Assembly: GCA_040386515.1 (NCBI GenBank)
Contig: JAZKFG010000002.1
Span: 79,074 to 143,073, forward strand
DNA: 64,000 nt
DNA from: Patescibacteria group bacterium
GTDB lineage: Bacteria; Patescibacteriota; Minisyncoccia; Phycocordibacterales; CAIZLB01
Direction of reading: 5' to 3'
The notes beneath the pieces were generated by a model that saw only the letters and a program-made list of their open reading frames with translations, was not told the origin of the DNA and ran no database searches. Position numbers and translations under genes: made by a program. Shown in pieces: positions 20,818 to 28,412 of the stretch (its first letter is position 1; each line of letters opens with the position of its first letter).

Positions 20818-21117
20818 ATGACAGATCTAGAATTTAACGATAGCAATAACTTAATGCGAGGTTTTAAATCTCGAGCAATACTTGGTCAGCCGGAGACTCC
20901 AGGCATGATTAACTTTTTAATACGAAAAGGTATTGTTAAAAGTCAAAATCAAGCCTATTACATTCTTGTCGGAATAATGATTTTCTGTTTCGGTCTCGCA
21001 ATTGCACTCCCATTTATGTTTGGAACGGGGGGAACAACTATTTCTGCAGAGCAACAGAAAGCAATGGAAACTATGCAAACACAGGGTAATAATACACCAG
21101 CACCAGTACAGCAGTAA
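20818..21117 (+). CDS. Small membrane protein, member of a 3-paralog family in this window (see 62252 and 63074)
   Basis: Shares F(K/R)SR(A/V)ILG(Q/E)P..P.M...I.(R/K).G(I/V)VK(S/N) followed by one TM helix with ORFs 62252..62509 and 63074..63346. Confidence 0.5.
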   Translation: MTDLEFNDSNNLMRGFKSRAILGQPETPGMINFLIRKGIVKSQNQAYYILVGIMIFCFGLAIALPFMFGTGGTTISAEQQKAMETMQTQGNNTPAPVQQ

Positions 21118-21137
21118 TGCTGTTTTTTGTTATAGGG

Positions 21138-21569
21138 CTATCGTGTACACTTTAGAGTTTCTCGACTAAATGACATCGGTCCTTTTTGTCCTGTTGAGTC
21201 TATACAATAAAATTCTCCATCATTAAGTGCAGAGAATAATACCCATGTATCTATTGTTGCGAGGCATGTAATACCTGCTTCGTCTTGATTTGATGCATAT
21301 TCAAGAGGAGAATTGTTTATAATTCGTTTAGTAACAATATTGTCTGCAATTTTTCGCAAATCATCATTGCTGGTATTAATAAAACCGCCACCACAAAGCG
21401 AATCAGAAACAATGGTTCTATTGTTTTTTGTAAATGCATCAAAGTCTAGAAATACGTTTCGTATCTGATCATTCACTGTCAAAGTCTTGTAAGTTTTAAA
21501 ACGCATGCAAAAAAGAGTGATGCCTGCTATAACGAGTATGAGAAGAATAATTCTTAATGTTCGTTTCAT
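21138..21569 (-). CDS. Membrane-anchored hypothetical protein with a pilin-like C-terminal Cys loop
   Basis: N-terminal TM; FYCIDSTGQKG motif shared with both repeats of the 23393..24976 protein. Confidence 0.4.
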   Translation of the reverse strand: MKRTLRIILLILVIAGITLFCMRFKTYKTLTVNDQIRNVFLDFDAFTKNNRTIVSDSLCGGGFINTSNDDLRKIADNIVTKRIINNSPLEYASNQDEAGITCLATIDTWVLFSALNDGEFYCIDSTGQKGPMSFSRETLKCTR

Positions 21570-21583
21570 ATCTATATGATACC

Positions 21584-22096
21584 TTAGTTTTCATTTTTGA
21601 AAAATGTATTCAATCCAAATGAAAAAGCTATAACGAATAATATCCACGCAGAGGCATATGCAATCTTGGCCAATATGTCAGTTTGTACAAGCAGATTCAT
21701 GTGACCAAGTATAAAGTTCCAGTCATGAATAGCAGCTTCACCTCCAAGTAAGTTTAAATTCATTTTCAATGAATCGCCAATATAGACAGAAACGTATGCA
21801 ATATTTTCAGCTGCCCACATGGCAAGAATTGAGGCTGAGAACATATCTCTTCTTCTTAAGAAATAGCCTGCAAATACAAGCGGAACTAATATTTCAAATG
21901 CACTCCCACCGAGTGCTGTCATTACTTCACCTAGTATTGAGGTTGGTACTAATGCATGTCCTGCTTCGTGAATAATAAGATCAAGGGAATTTATAAAATG
22001 CCAATTACCGTTTAGTGTAGCTGGATTATATACGCAATTAAAGAAATATATTGTTGCCAGAATAAAGCCTAGGAGCTTGGGATAATTATTTTTCAT
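21584..22096 (-). CDS. Polytopic membrane protein with an HExxH motif, putative membrane zinc metalloprotease
   Basis: IIHEAGHALV embedded in a hydrophobic context, with 4-5 predicted TM helices. Confidence 0.35.
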   Translation of the reverse strand: MKNNYPKLLGFILATIYFFNCVYNPATLNGNWHFINSLDLIIHEAGHALVPTSILGEVMTALGGSAFEILVPLVFAGYFLRRRDMFSASILAMWAAENIAYVSVYIGDSLKMNLNLLGGEAAIHDWNFILGHMNLLVQTDILAKIAYASAWILFVIAFSFGLNTFFKNEN

Positions 22097-22121
22097 TTGT
22101 ATATGATTGTAACATTATAGT

Positions 22122-22778
22122 ATGATGAACCCAATGAAGTATATAATTATCGTTTTAATAGTTTTGATTGGTGGCGGCATATTTATGTATTCTGCTACAC
22201 GAGAAAAGGCACCTGCCGTACCTCAGAAAGAGTATAAGGTTGTGGCTTTTGGTGATTCTCTGACTGCTGGATTTAAAGTTGATCCTAAAGATAATTATCC
22301 GACAATACTCGAGCAAAGATTGAAAACAATAAATCCTAATATTACTATTGTGAATATGGGTGTGTCGGGGGATACCAGTGCTCAAGGGTTGGCACGAATA
22401 GATTCTGTCATCGCAGAAAAGCCAGATGTTGTCTTGCTGTGTCTTGGTGCGAATGATTTACTTCGATCACTTAGTCCATTTGAGGCAAAGAAAAATATAG
22501 AATCAATAATTGTGCAGCTTCAGGCAAAGGGAATAGTGGTTGTATTGCTTGGAGTAAAGACTTCTATTAATAATACTCCAGAATATAGAAAAGAATTTGA
22601 TGCAATATATCCTGACTTGGCTGAGAAATATAATTTGACACTAATTCCGTCTTTCTTGTCAGGCGTTGTACTTAATGGAAAATTAACAATTCCAGATCAT
22701 TTGCATCCAAATGCCGCGGGATATTTGAAAATCGTTGATGAAAATATATTTCCAGAGATAAAGAATATGTTTAAATAA
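22122..22778 (+). CDS. SGNH/GDSL hydrolase (TesA/arylesterase-like) with an N-terminal TM/signal segment
   Basis: GDS block VVAFGDSLTAG, a Gly block, GANDLL and DHLHPN (the DxxH catalytic block). Confidence 0.7.
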   Translation: MMNPMKYIIIVLIVLIGGGIFMYSATREKAPAVPQKEYKVVAFGDSLTAGFKVDPKDNYPTILEQRLKTINPNITIVNMGVSGDTSAQGLARIDSVIAEKPDVVLLCLGANDLLRSLSPFEAKKNIESIIVQLQAKGIVVVLLGVKTSINNTPEYRKEFDAIYPDLAEKYNLTLIPSFLSGVVLNGKLTIPDHLHPNAAGYLKIVDENIFPEIKNMFK

Positions 22779-22842
22779 AAAATGCACCCGGACGATAATT
22801 GTCGCGGGTACATTGAGTGAAACAGGTAGAGAATTGTATCTC

Positions 22843-23307
22843 TCAGATTGGCGTGCAAACGCCGTTTTTAAACATGACCCCTTGAGCATGTTCAGGAATG
22901 CAGGCTTCAAACCCATAGACAGTTGGGAAGGCACTCACGAATGGCTTATGACCTACAAGGATCAGAACGTCGCCTTCGTAGTGTTCGATTTTCATGACCA
23001 TAGCTCTGATGCTTCTGTTTTGATTCTCTGCAGAATCCCATAAGGCAGGTTCAGACTGTACTCCATTTGCGTGGAGTATTTCTTTAAGTATGAGTGCAGT
23101 ATCAACGGCCCGGGTTGCAGGTGATGAAATAATGTTGATCACATTTGAGCCATTAATATGAATTAAAATGGCTTGTCCAAGCAACTTTGCCTGCTTCCGT
23201 CCATCTTCGCTAATATGGGGATTTTGTTCCCCAACATGCACTGCTGCATTCGTAACAACGAATAATGTTAAATCAGCATTCATTTCCTTTATCCTCCAAA
23301 TGTACAA
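22843..23307 (-). CDS. Histidine-phosphatase-superfamily (SixA-like) protein, possibly degenerate; the true start is probably the internal Met (MNADLTL, at about 23283).
   Basis: Overall SixA-like layout (..EDGRKQAKLLG....ISSPATRAVDTA...VLILVGHKP), but the canonical RHG motif is not conserved. Confidence 0.3.
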   Translation of the reverse strand: MYIWRIKEMNADLTLFVVTNAAVHVGEQNPHISEDGRKQAKLLGQAILIHINGSNVINIISSPATRAVDTALILKEILHANGVQSEPALWDSAENQNRSIRAMVMKIEHYEGDVLILVGHKPFVSAFPTVYGFEACIPEHAQGVMFKNGVCTPI

Positions 23308-23392
23308 ACGTCCGACCGTTCATACTGTTTAAGTGCAACACTTCGTTCGGAAAGTGTGTATATACGGTATAATATTTACAAGATAAAGTCAA

Positions 23393-24976
23393 TTACTGAC
23401 ATTTAGTATCTGTTGGCAATCGCAAAGAAGTTTGTGTAAGCATACTTCCATTACTGTCAGAACAATAGTAATTTCCAGAAGTAGAAGACTTTGCACTAAC
23501 CATCCAAGATTTTCCCGTACTATTACATACAACGCCTGATACATTTGGAGTTAAATCAGATATAAGTGTACTTAATCCACCACTTGTTTTGTCAGTAAAT
23601 ATTCCTGCACTACATGATTGTGTTACTGCTCCGTAGCCATTGTTATTTGCATAAAACAATTCAGCCTGAGCTCTCATGTTTGAAAGGGTGGCTTGCACCG
23701 CAGCGTCTTGTCCTTTTGATCGAACTTCTGCATTGGCTTTTTCTGACGTTACTACATTACATAGGTCAGCATATCCTACAAACATATCAGCACACGTTAT
23801 AACATTTAAAGGAGTAAGTAATGAGATCGAGTTCGTATTTGGAATTATGCTAAATTTAAATGTATCAGTAGCTTTTGTTCCTACAACAGATGGAGTTTTT
23901 GATCGTATTGATTGTATTAATCCATTTTTAACTAGTACGGTAAAAAGAATCTTTTGATTACCATTAACTGCATTTGCTGCAGCATCAGCGCCAGCATACA
24001 TATTTCCATAAAGTCTCGAATTAAATATCATACTTGCTCCCATTGCAATATCGTAGGGTATTGATACTTCGAATGTTTGACTACCATCTGTACCTAGACT
24101 AATTGATCGAGCAGTAAAGTCTGATTTATATATTGCATCAAGCGTAAAATCAATTTTCTTAGTGTTTATTCCTTCGTATGCATTTAAATAATTTAATGTA
24201 TCTGGAATTGCTACATAATTATTTCTAACTTTATTGATTGTTGTCTGATTGAGTAATACCTCTCCGTCTTTTAAATACTTGAGCATTGAATCATTTACAA
24301 GCTTGTATGTAGTATTGCCTTTGGCAATTGTTTTTGCTGAAAATAAACCTCCTGCTCCTGACACACTTGAAGTGTAATCAACCTCATAGGTTGGACCAGA
24401 TTTTGGCATAAGATTAAATGTACCATCAGTAGTATATGTATTTGTCACGTCTGCAACCTTGGCAACTTTTGAACATTCCATAACTCCTTTCTTTGGAGCT
24501 GCTCCAACTACCAATGAATTTCCTGTACTATCTACGCAATGATATGATGCCGCATTTAATTTTGCAGATACTATAAATGTGTTTTTTGTTGATGCACATG
24601 TGACTACGGTTGAGTATTTCTTAGTGGCAGAAATCAATTTTCCAAGCCCTGTTGTTGTATCTGCAAACATTCCGGCAGTACAAGATTGTGTTGTTATTCC
24701 GTAACTATTGCTGTTGCTGTAGTATAGCTCAGCCTGTGCGCGCATATTTGAAAGACTTGACTGAATATTTACAGTTGTCATGTTAAAAACTGAAGCAGCA
24801 GTAGAAGGTCCGATTATTTTAATATCATGATGAGCTGTTAAAACTATGCTTGAGTTATTTGCTCGTGCATTTTCTATTGTTGCTTTTGCAGCATCGATAA
24901 GTATTTGTTCATTTGTTGCAGCGCTTGTGTTAATTGATAATGTAAGGAGTAAAAGTGCACATGTTATTTTTTTCAT
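23393..24976 (-). CDS. Secreted protein with two tandem pilin-like globular domains (internal duplication)
   Basis: Signal peptide MKKITCALLLLTLS (ATG at 24976; the ORF track extends to a GTG at 25009). The repeats are LSNMRAQAELYYSNSNSYG..TQSCTAG and LSNMRAQAELFYANNNGYG..TQSCSAG, each ending in Y(H/Y)C.DS.G. Confidence 0.5.
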   Translation of the reverse strand: MKKITCALLLLTLSINTSAATNEQILIDAAKATIENARANNSSIVLTAHHDIKIIGPSTAASVFNMTTVNIQSSLSNMRAQAELYYSNSNSYGITTQSCTAGMFADTTTGLGKLISATKKYSTVVTCASTKNTFIVSAKLNAASYHCVDSTGNSLVVGAAPKKGVMECSKVAKVADVTNTYTTDGTFNLMPKSGPTYEVDYTSSVSGAGGLFSAKTIAKGNTTYKLVNDSMLKYLKDGEVLLNQTTINKVRNNYVAIPDTLNYLNAYEGINTKKIDFTLDAIYKSDFTARSISLGTDGSQTFEVSIPYDIAMGASMIFNSRLYGNMYAGADAAANAVNGNQKILFTVLVKNGLIQSIRSKTPSVVGTKATDTFKFSIIPNTNSISLLTPLNVITCADMFVGYADLCNVVTSEKANAEVRSKGQDAAVQATLSNMRAQAELFYANNNGYGAVTQSCSAGIFTDKTSGGLSTLISDLTPNVSGVVCNSTGKSWMVSAKSSTSGNYYCSDSNGSMLTQTSLRLPTDTKCQ

Positions 24977-25008
24977 ATGTACTTCATAATAGCATGAATT
25001 AAAAAACA

Positions 25009-25046
25009 CCTTGCGCAGTGACCTCTTGGAAGAGGTGTGCGCAAGG
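25009..25046 (-). terminator. Nested inverted repeat (CCTTGCGCA..CCTCTT/AAGAGG..TGCGCAAGG) followed on the minus strand by a T-run. Putative intrinsic terminator of the GC-rich gene and left boundary of the GC island.
   Basis: Seen directly: the 9-bp arms are perfect reverse complements and the inner 6-bp arms as well; TGTTTTTTAATT follows on the minus strand. Confidence 0.5.
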
Positions 25047-25066
25047 CGATGGGGAAGTCGAGTTGT

Positions 25067-25690
25067 TTACTTGGCGGGTGTTGGTGCGGTAGGTTCGGCT
25101 ACCGGTGGAATGGTGGGTTGCATCGGCGCTTCAATGATGTCGGGATCTTTGGCAGGTTCCGTTTTATCCGGAGCGAGAGGATTGACCAATCGGCCAGGGG
25201 TCTCCTTGGGGACCGGAATTTCCACCATGCCGGGAGGGGTGTATCCTTTGGCGGACCAAGCGGTTCCAACTCCGCTGCTGGTTTCAGCAACTGGGTAGTT
25301 TTCACTACTGACGTAGTCGTAGTAGTACTCCCCGACGAATGGTGTAAACTGAATGTTTCCATCGTGGTCCACAGTCTTTACGAGCTTACTCGTCCCCGGA
25401 GGGAGGGATGTGTTCTCTCCTGTCACTTGGTCCATGGAGACCAAATACTCAATGCCGCCCTCGGCAACCAGGATTTGGTTTTTATCGGACTCGTACTGGC
25501 TGGTGAGCTTGCCCTCCATCAGGACGGTAACGACGGCTGGCTGTGTGGCAATGGTCTTGTTCTTCCCCTTGATCTGCAGTGATCCTGGTGCAACAAGTTG
25601 CACCAGGAGAACGACGATGAGGATAGTGATGAGGAGTTTGTTCACGGAGAATTTCGTCGCCGGAACTTCGTCTTCTGGAGTGTGAGGCAT
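25067..25690 (-). CDS. Membrane-anchored, Pro-rich hypothetical protein encoded by a GC-rich (about 55%) island. The ORF track extends to 25801, but the AT-rich 5' extension is probably not coding.
   Basis: ATG at 25690 (MPHTPEDEV..) is followed by the TM helix LLITILIVVLLVQLV and a Pro/Thr-rich C-terminus. The composition jump coincides with the gene boundaries. Confidence 0.45.
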   Translation of the reverse strand: MPHTPEDEVPATKFSVNKLLITILIVVLLVQLVAPGSLQIKGKNKTIATQPAVVTVLMEGKLTSQYESDKNQILVAEGGIEYLVSMDQVTGENTSLPPGTSKLVKTVDHDGNIQFTPFVGEYYYDYVSSENYPVAETSSGVGTAWSAKGYTPPGMVEIPVPKETPGRLVNPLAPDKTEPAKDPDIIEAPMQPTIPPVAEPTAPTPAK

Positions 25691-25744
25691 ATTAGCGGGT
25701 GGTGTTGGGTGGGTGAAACAGCTCGAGTTTAGGTGGCTGCATCT

Positions 25745-25788
25745 CTCAAAATATCTATATATACTAAGAGATGCAGCCAATTTTGTGT
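25745..25788. promoter_or_regulatory. Perfect 12-bp inverted repeat (GGCTGCATCTCT / AGAGATGCAGCC) with a 20-nt AT-rich loop, lying between the LamG-pilin gene and the GC-island gene
   Basis: Seen directly in sequence; no clear T-run on the minus strand, so it is either a terminator or an operator-like site. Confidence 0.4.
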
Positions 25789-25838
25789 GAAAGAACTGCA
25801 TGTATTATACACTTTTTTAGTGCAAAAGTCAATGATAC

Positions 25839-26615
25839 TTATTTCATCAAACTACTCTCCATTGCATATAAATCATGCACACCTGAGGCTGTTAAATCCT
25901 TTCCAAAAATACGAACATTATCAATATATCCAGTATATCCCCATTCATCAGCTGACCCTCCTGAAACAGTCTTTTTCATACCAATTATTAATGGCTGTGT
26001 TGATGTAATGGGTGCAGTGCCGCCTGTTCCTGATGAAAAAATCTTACCATCAAGATATGTTTTACTTACTGTCCCGTCAAATACTCGAGCAACATGATGC
26101 CAAACTCCAACTGTTGGAGTGAAGGATCCTGTAAATGTTATCCCATACGAAACGTCGTAGGCAACATCCTGACTTTTATTAATTGCAACATTGTATGTCT
26201 TATCCCATGCCTCTGATTTAAACCAAAATGAAATCGAATACTTACTTCCTAAGTCTAAGAAGTTTGAATCAGGAACTCGTACATAATCATTTACACCATC
26301 AAATCGTATAGAATATCCTGTCCCGTCTGGAGTATCAGTTGACCAACCGTATGGAGAGGCAATATTTGTTAGTGTTCCCGTATTGTTATTACCTGATAAA
26401 TCTCTGGTTGTTAATCCTGTTCCTTCATTAAAATCCCACATTGCTAAAGCTTGATCTCCTGCAACATGATACATGTTTGCTTCAAATTGCAATCCAGCCG
26501 CAACTCGACTTTTTTCTCTGGCTGCACTTAAAGACACTAAAGCTATACTAGCCAAAAGACTAATTATTGAAATAACTACAAGGAGTTCTATAAGTGTAAA
26601 TCCTTTCCGACGCAT
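25839..26615 (-). CDS. Type IV pilin-like protein with a C-terminal LamG/concanavalin-like lectin domain
   Basis: Prepilin leader MRRKG|FTLIELLVVISIISLL (G-F cleavage site with Glu at +5); LamG_3-like blocks WHHVARVFDG..TYLDGK and GYIDNVRIF. Confidence 0.7.
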   Translation of the reverse strand: MRRKGFTLIELLVVISIISLLASIALVSLSAAREKSRVAAGLQFEANMYHVAGDQALAMWDFNEGTGLTTRDLSGNNNTGTLTNIASPYGWSTDTPDGTGYSIRFDGVNDYVRVPDSNFLDLGSKYSISFWFKSEAWDKTYNVAINKSQDVAYDVSYGITFTGSFTPTVGVWHHVARVFDGTVSKTYLDGKIFSSGTGGTAPITSTQPLIIGMKKTVSGGSADEWGYTGYIDNVRIFGKDLTASGVHDLYAMESSLMK

Positions 26616-26633
26616 GTATATAGTATATCATTA

Positions 26634-27086
26634 TTACTTCAATTCTTGAGCGAGTCCGATAAGAAGTCCTTCTGGACCTCGAATATAACAAAGACGATAT
26701 GAATTCTCATATTGCACTACTTCATCAACTATTTCTGCTCCATGTTTTTTAAGTCTCTCAAGTACCTCATCAATATCACTTACAGTAAACATAGCTCTTA
26801 AATATCCAAGAGAATTAACCGGTGCATTGCGATGATCGGCAATTATTTTTGGAACAATAAATCGTGAGAGTTCAAGCCTACTGTGACCATCAGGAGTAAT
26901 CATCATTGCAATTTCAACTTGTTGATTGCCGAGTCCTGTAACTTTTCCTGCCCATTCTCCCTCAATCATTGCTCGTCCTTCAAGAGTGAGACCAAGTTCA
27001 ATAAAAAAGGAAATAACTTCGTCGAGAGATTCTACGACGATGCCGATGTTGTCCATTCTTAGTAATGTAGATTTTTGTGAGTTCAT
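26634..27086 (-). CDS. VOC/glyoxalase-family protein
   Basis: Paired beta-alpha-beta-beta-beta modules with IGIVVESLDEVISFF..GLTLEG typical of glyoxalase I-like proteins. Confidence 0.55.
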   Translation of the reverse strand: MNSQKSTLLRMDNIGIVVESLDEVISFFIELGLTLEGRAMIEGEWAGKVTGLGNQQVEIAMMITPDGHSRLELSRFIVPKIIADHRNAPVNSLGYLRAMFTVSDIDEVLERLKKHGAEIVDEVVQYENSYRLCYIRGPEGLLIGLAQELK

Positions 27087-27098
27087 ATATAAAATATC

Positions 27099-27365
27099 TT
27101 AAGATTTAATTTTTGCAATGACTATACTAATAATTAAAGGAAGTACGATTAAAGAAAGATTTGTAGCTCTAGAAAAATCATTAGTCAAAATAAATATAGT
27201 TGCTATTACTATGCAGATAATTAGTGCATAAAAAACAATCCAACCCTCCTTTGAAACTGGGATAAAAAATCCTTTATAACCTCCTTGAACTAAAGATTTA
27301 ATTCCATCAGGAAGCGTCTTAAAACTTTGAGTGTTACTAACTTTTCTAAACCAGATTTTATTCAT
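27099..27365 (-). CDS. Small hypothetical membrane protein (2 TM)
   Basis: ORF with two hydrophobic helices; no homolog recognised. Confidence 0.3.
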   Translation of the reverse strand: MNKIWFRKVSNTQSFKTLPDGIKSLVQGGYKGFFIPVSKEGWIVFYALIICIVIATIFILTNDFSRATNLSLIVLPLIISIVIAKIKS

Positions 27366-27450
27366 ACTTTCAGTATATCAGCTACCTTATTAAAGTTACA
27401 GTGTCTATAGCTTTTCAACTCTCCGCCGCATACAAAGCAGTTTGCATGCT

Positions 27451-27486
27451 TAGGGAAAAGGAAAACAGTCCCGACAAAAGTCGAGA
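27451..27486 (-). terminator. Intrinsic terminator downstream of tRNA-Glu
   Basis: On the minus strand: GTCTCGAC-TTTT-GTCGGGAC hairpin followed by TGTTTTCCTTTTCC. Confidence 0.5.
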
Positions 27487-27499
27487 CCGTTCCTATTTG

Positions 27500-27571
27500 T
27501 GACCCCACGGAGAGTCGAACTCCGGTTAACAGATTGAAAACCTGCTGTCCTAACCATTAGACGATGGGGCC
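27500..27571 (-). tRNA. tRNA-Glu (anticodon UUC)
   Basis: Reverse complement folds as a cloverleaf: acceptor GGCCCCA/TGGGGTC, D-arm TCGTCTAATGGTTAGGAC (near-identical to E. coli tRNA-Glu), anticodon loop TTTTCAA with U33 and TTC at positions 34-36, T-arm GGAGTTCGACTCTCC. CCA is not encoded. Confidence 0.8.
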
Positions 27572-27618
27572 GTCTTGTTGCATTCAAATATACCAGATTT
27601 TAGGATTTTATCAAGCAA

Positions 27619-27642
27619 TATAAAAACCCTACCGAAGTAGGG
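27619..27642 (-). terminator. Intrinsic terminator downstream of secG
   Basis: On the minus strand: CCCTAC-TTCG-GTAGGG stem-loop followed by TTTTTA. Confidence 0.5.
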
Positions 27643-27659
27643 TATTTACATATTGTCTA

Positions 27660-27890
27660 TTAACCTAGTAGGTCAAGAATAACAGAAGCGACGAATAGTA
27701 TTGCAACTACTATAGTTCCAGTAAAAATAGCTTTTTCAGCACCTCTTCGTGTATGCCATGTAGATACGGCACCACCTCCGAAACTTCCTCCTGCGTCAGC
27801 ATCTGTTGGCTGTAGAAGAATAAGGATTACGAGGATTACTGCAAGAGTGATCTGTATAAATGGAAGGATATGTAGGATAGTTTGTAACAT
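27660..27890 (-). CDS. secG: Preprotein translocase subunit SecG
   Basis: 76 aa, two TM helices separated by a Gly-rich loop (DADAGGSFGGGAVSTWHTRRG), which is the SecG architecture. Confidence 0.6.
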   Translation of the reverse strand: MLQTILHILPFIQITLAVILVILILLQPTDADAGGSFGGGAVSTWHTRRGAEKAIFTGTIVVAILFVASVILDLLG

Positions 27891-27931
27891 GGTTTGTAGT
27901 ATACACTAAATGCTTCATTTTGGGTAGGGGG

Positions 27932-28348
27932 CTACTTTTGTTCAAAATATGTCGCCAATATTCGAGAAATGTCATCAAGAGTCTGATATGTTTCAATTTT
28001 AAAATAAGAATTCCCAGAAACCATAGCTGATAATCTTTTACCTTCAGTCTCTCTGTATAAGCAAAGTACGGGTTTCCCGAGAGCTTCTGATTGTCCAAGC
28101 TCATATCCTACTCCAAGACTTGGAGTAGTTACTTCTGCAACAATCAAATCTGCTTCTTTAACCCAATCCATATCTCGGACAAAGATCTCTGTGTCAGTTC
28201 TTTGAACTTCGCCAAAACTTCCAAGATCTTTATTTCCAATATGTTCTGTTAATACTGTGGCATATTTTTGCAATTCAGCAATCATGCCAAAGTACAATTC
28301 CTGATCATCTCGTCCTCCTCGTATTGATCCTGCAAAATATATTTTCAT
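27932..28348 (-). CDS. Nucleoside 2-deoxyribosyltransferase / DNPH1 (Rcl)-like N-glycosidase
   Basis: MKIYFAGSIRGGRDD N-terminus and the overall length match the DNPH1 family. Confidence 0.55.
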   Translation of the reverse strand: MKIYFAGSIRGGRDDQELYFGMIAELQKYATVLTEHIGNKDLGSFGEVQRTDTEIFVRDMDWVKEADLIVAEVTTPSLGVGYELGQSEALGKPVLCLYRETEGKRLSAMVSGNSYFKIETYQTLDDISRILATYFEQK

Positions 28349-28412
28349 AAGGGAACTATATCATGCGCTTAATAAAACAAAAACCGATGTAGTAACACCG
28401 GTTTTTGTTTTA

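Noticed and set aside
22779-22842. Weak inverted repeat ACCCG..CGGGT between convergent genes as a bidirectional terminator
   Set aside because: Only a 5-bp imperfect stem with no adjacent T/A runs; insufficient support.
23308-23392. Hairpin ACACTT-cgttcgga-AAGTGT downstream of the 23393 gene as a terminator
   Set aside because: No T-run follows on the relevant (minus) strand; kept out of the feature list as too weak.
25011-25685. Plus-strand ORFs of 95, 181 and 110 aa and a minus-strand 87-aa ORF inside the GC-rich island
   Set aside because: High-GC DNA yields long stop-free frames on all strands. The translations (for example MRKAMGKSSCLLGGCWCGRFGYRWNGG...) are compositionally odd (Gly/Arg/Trp-rich, no TM or domain logic) and fully overlap the better-supported minus-strand gene.
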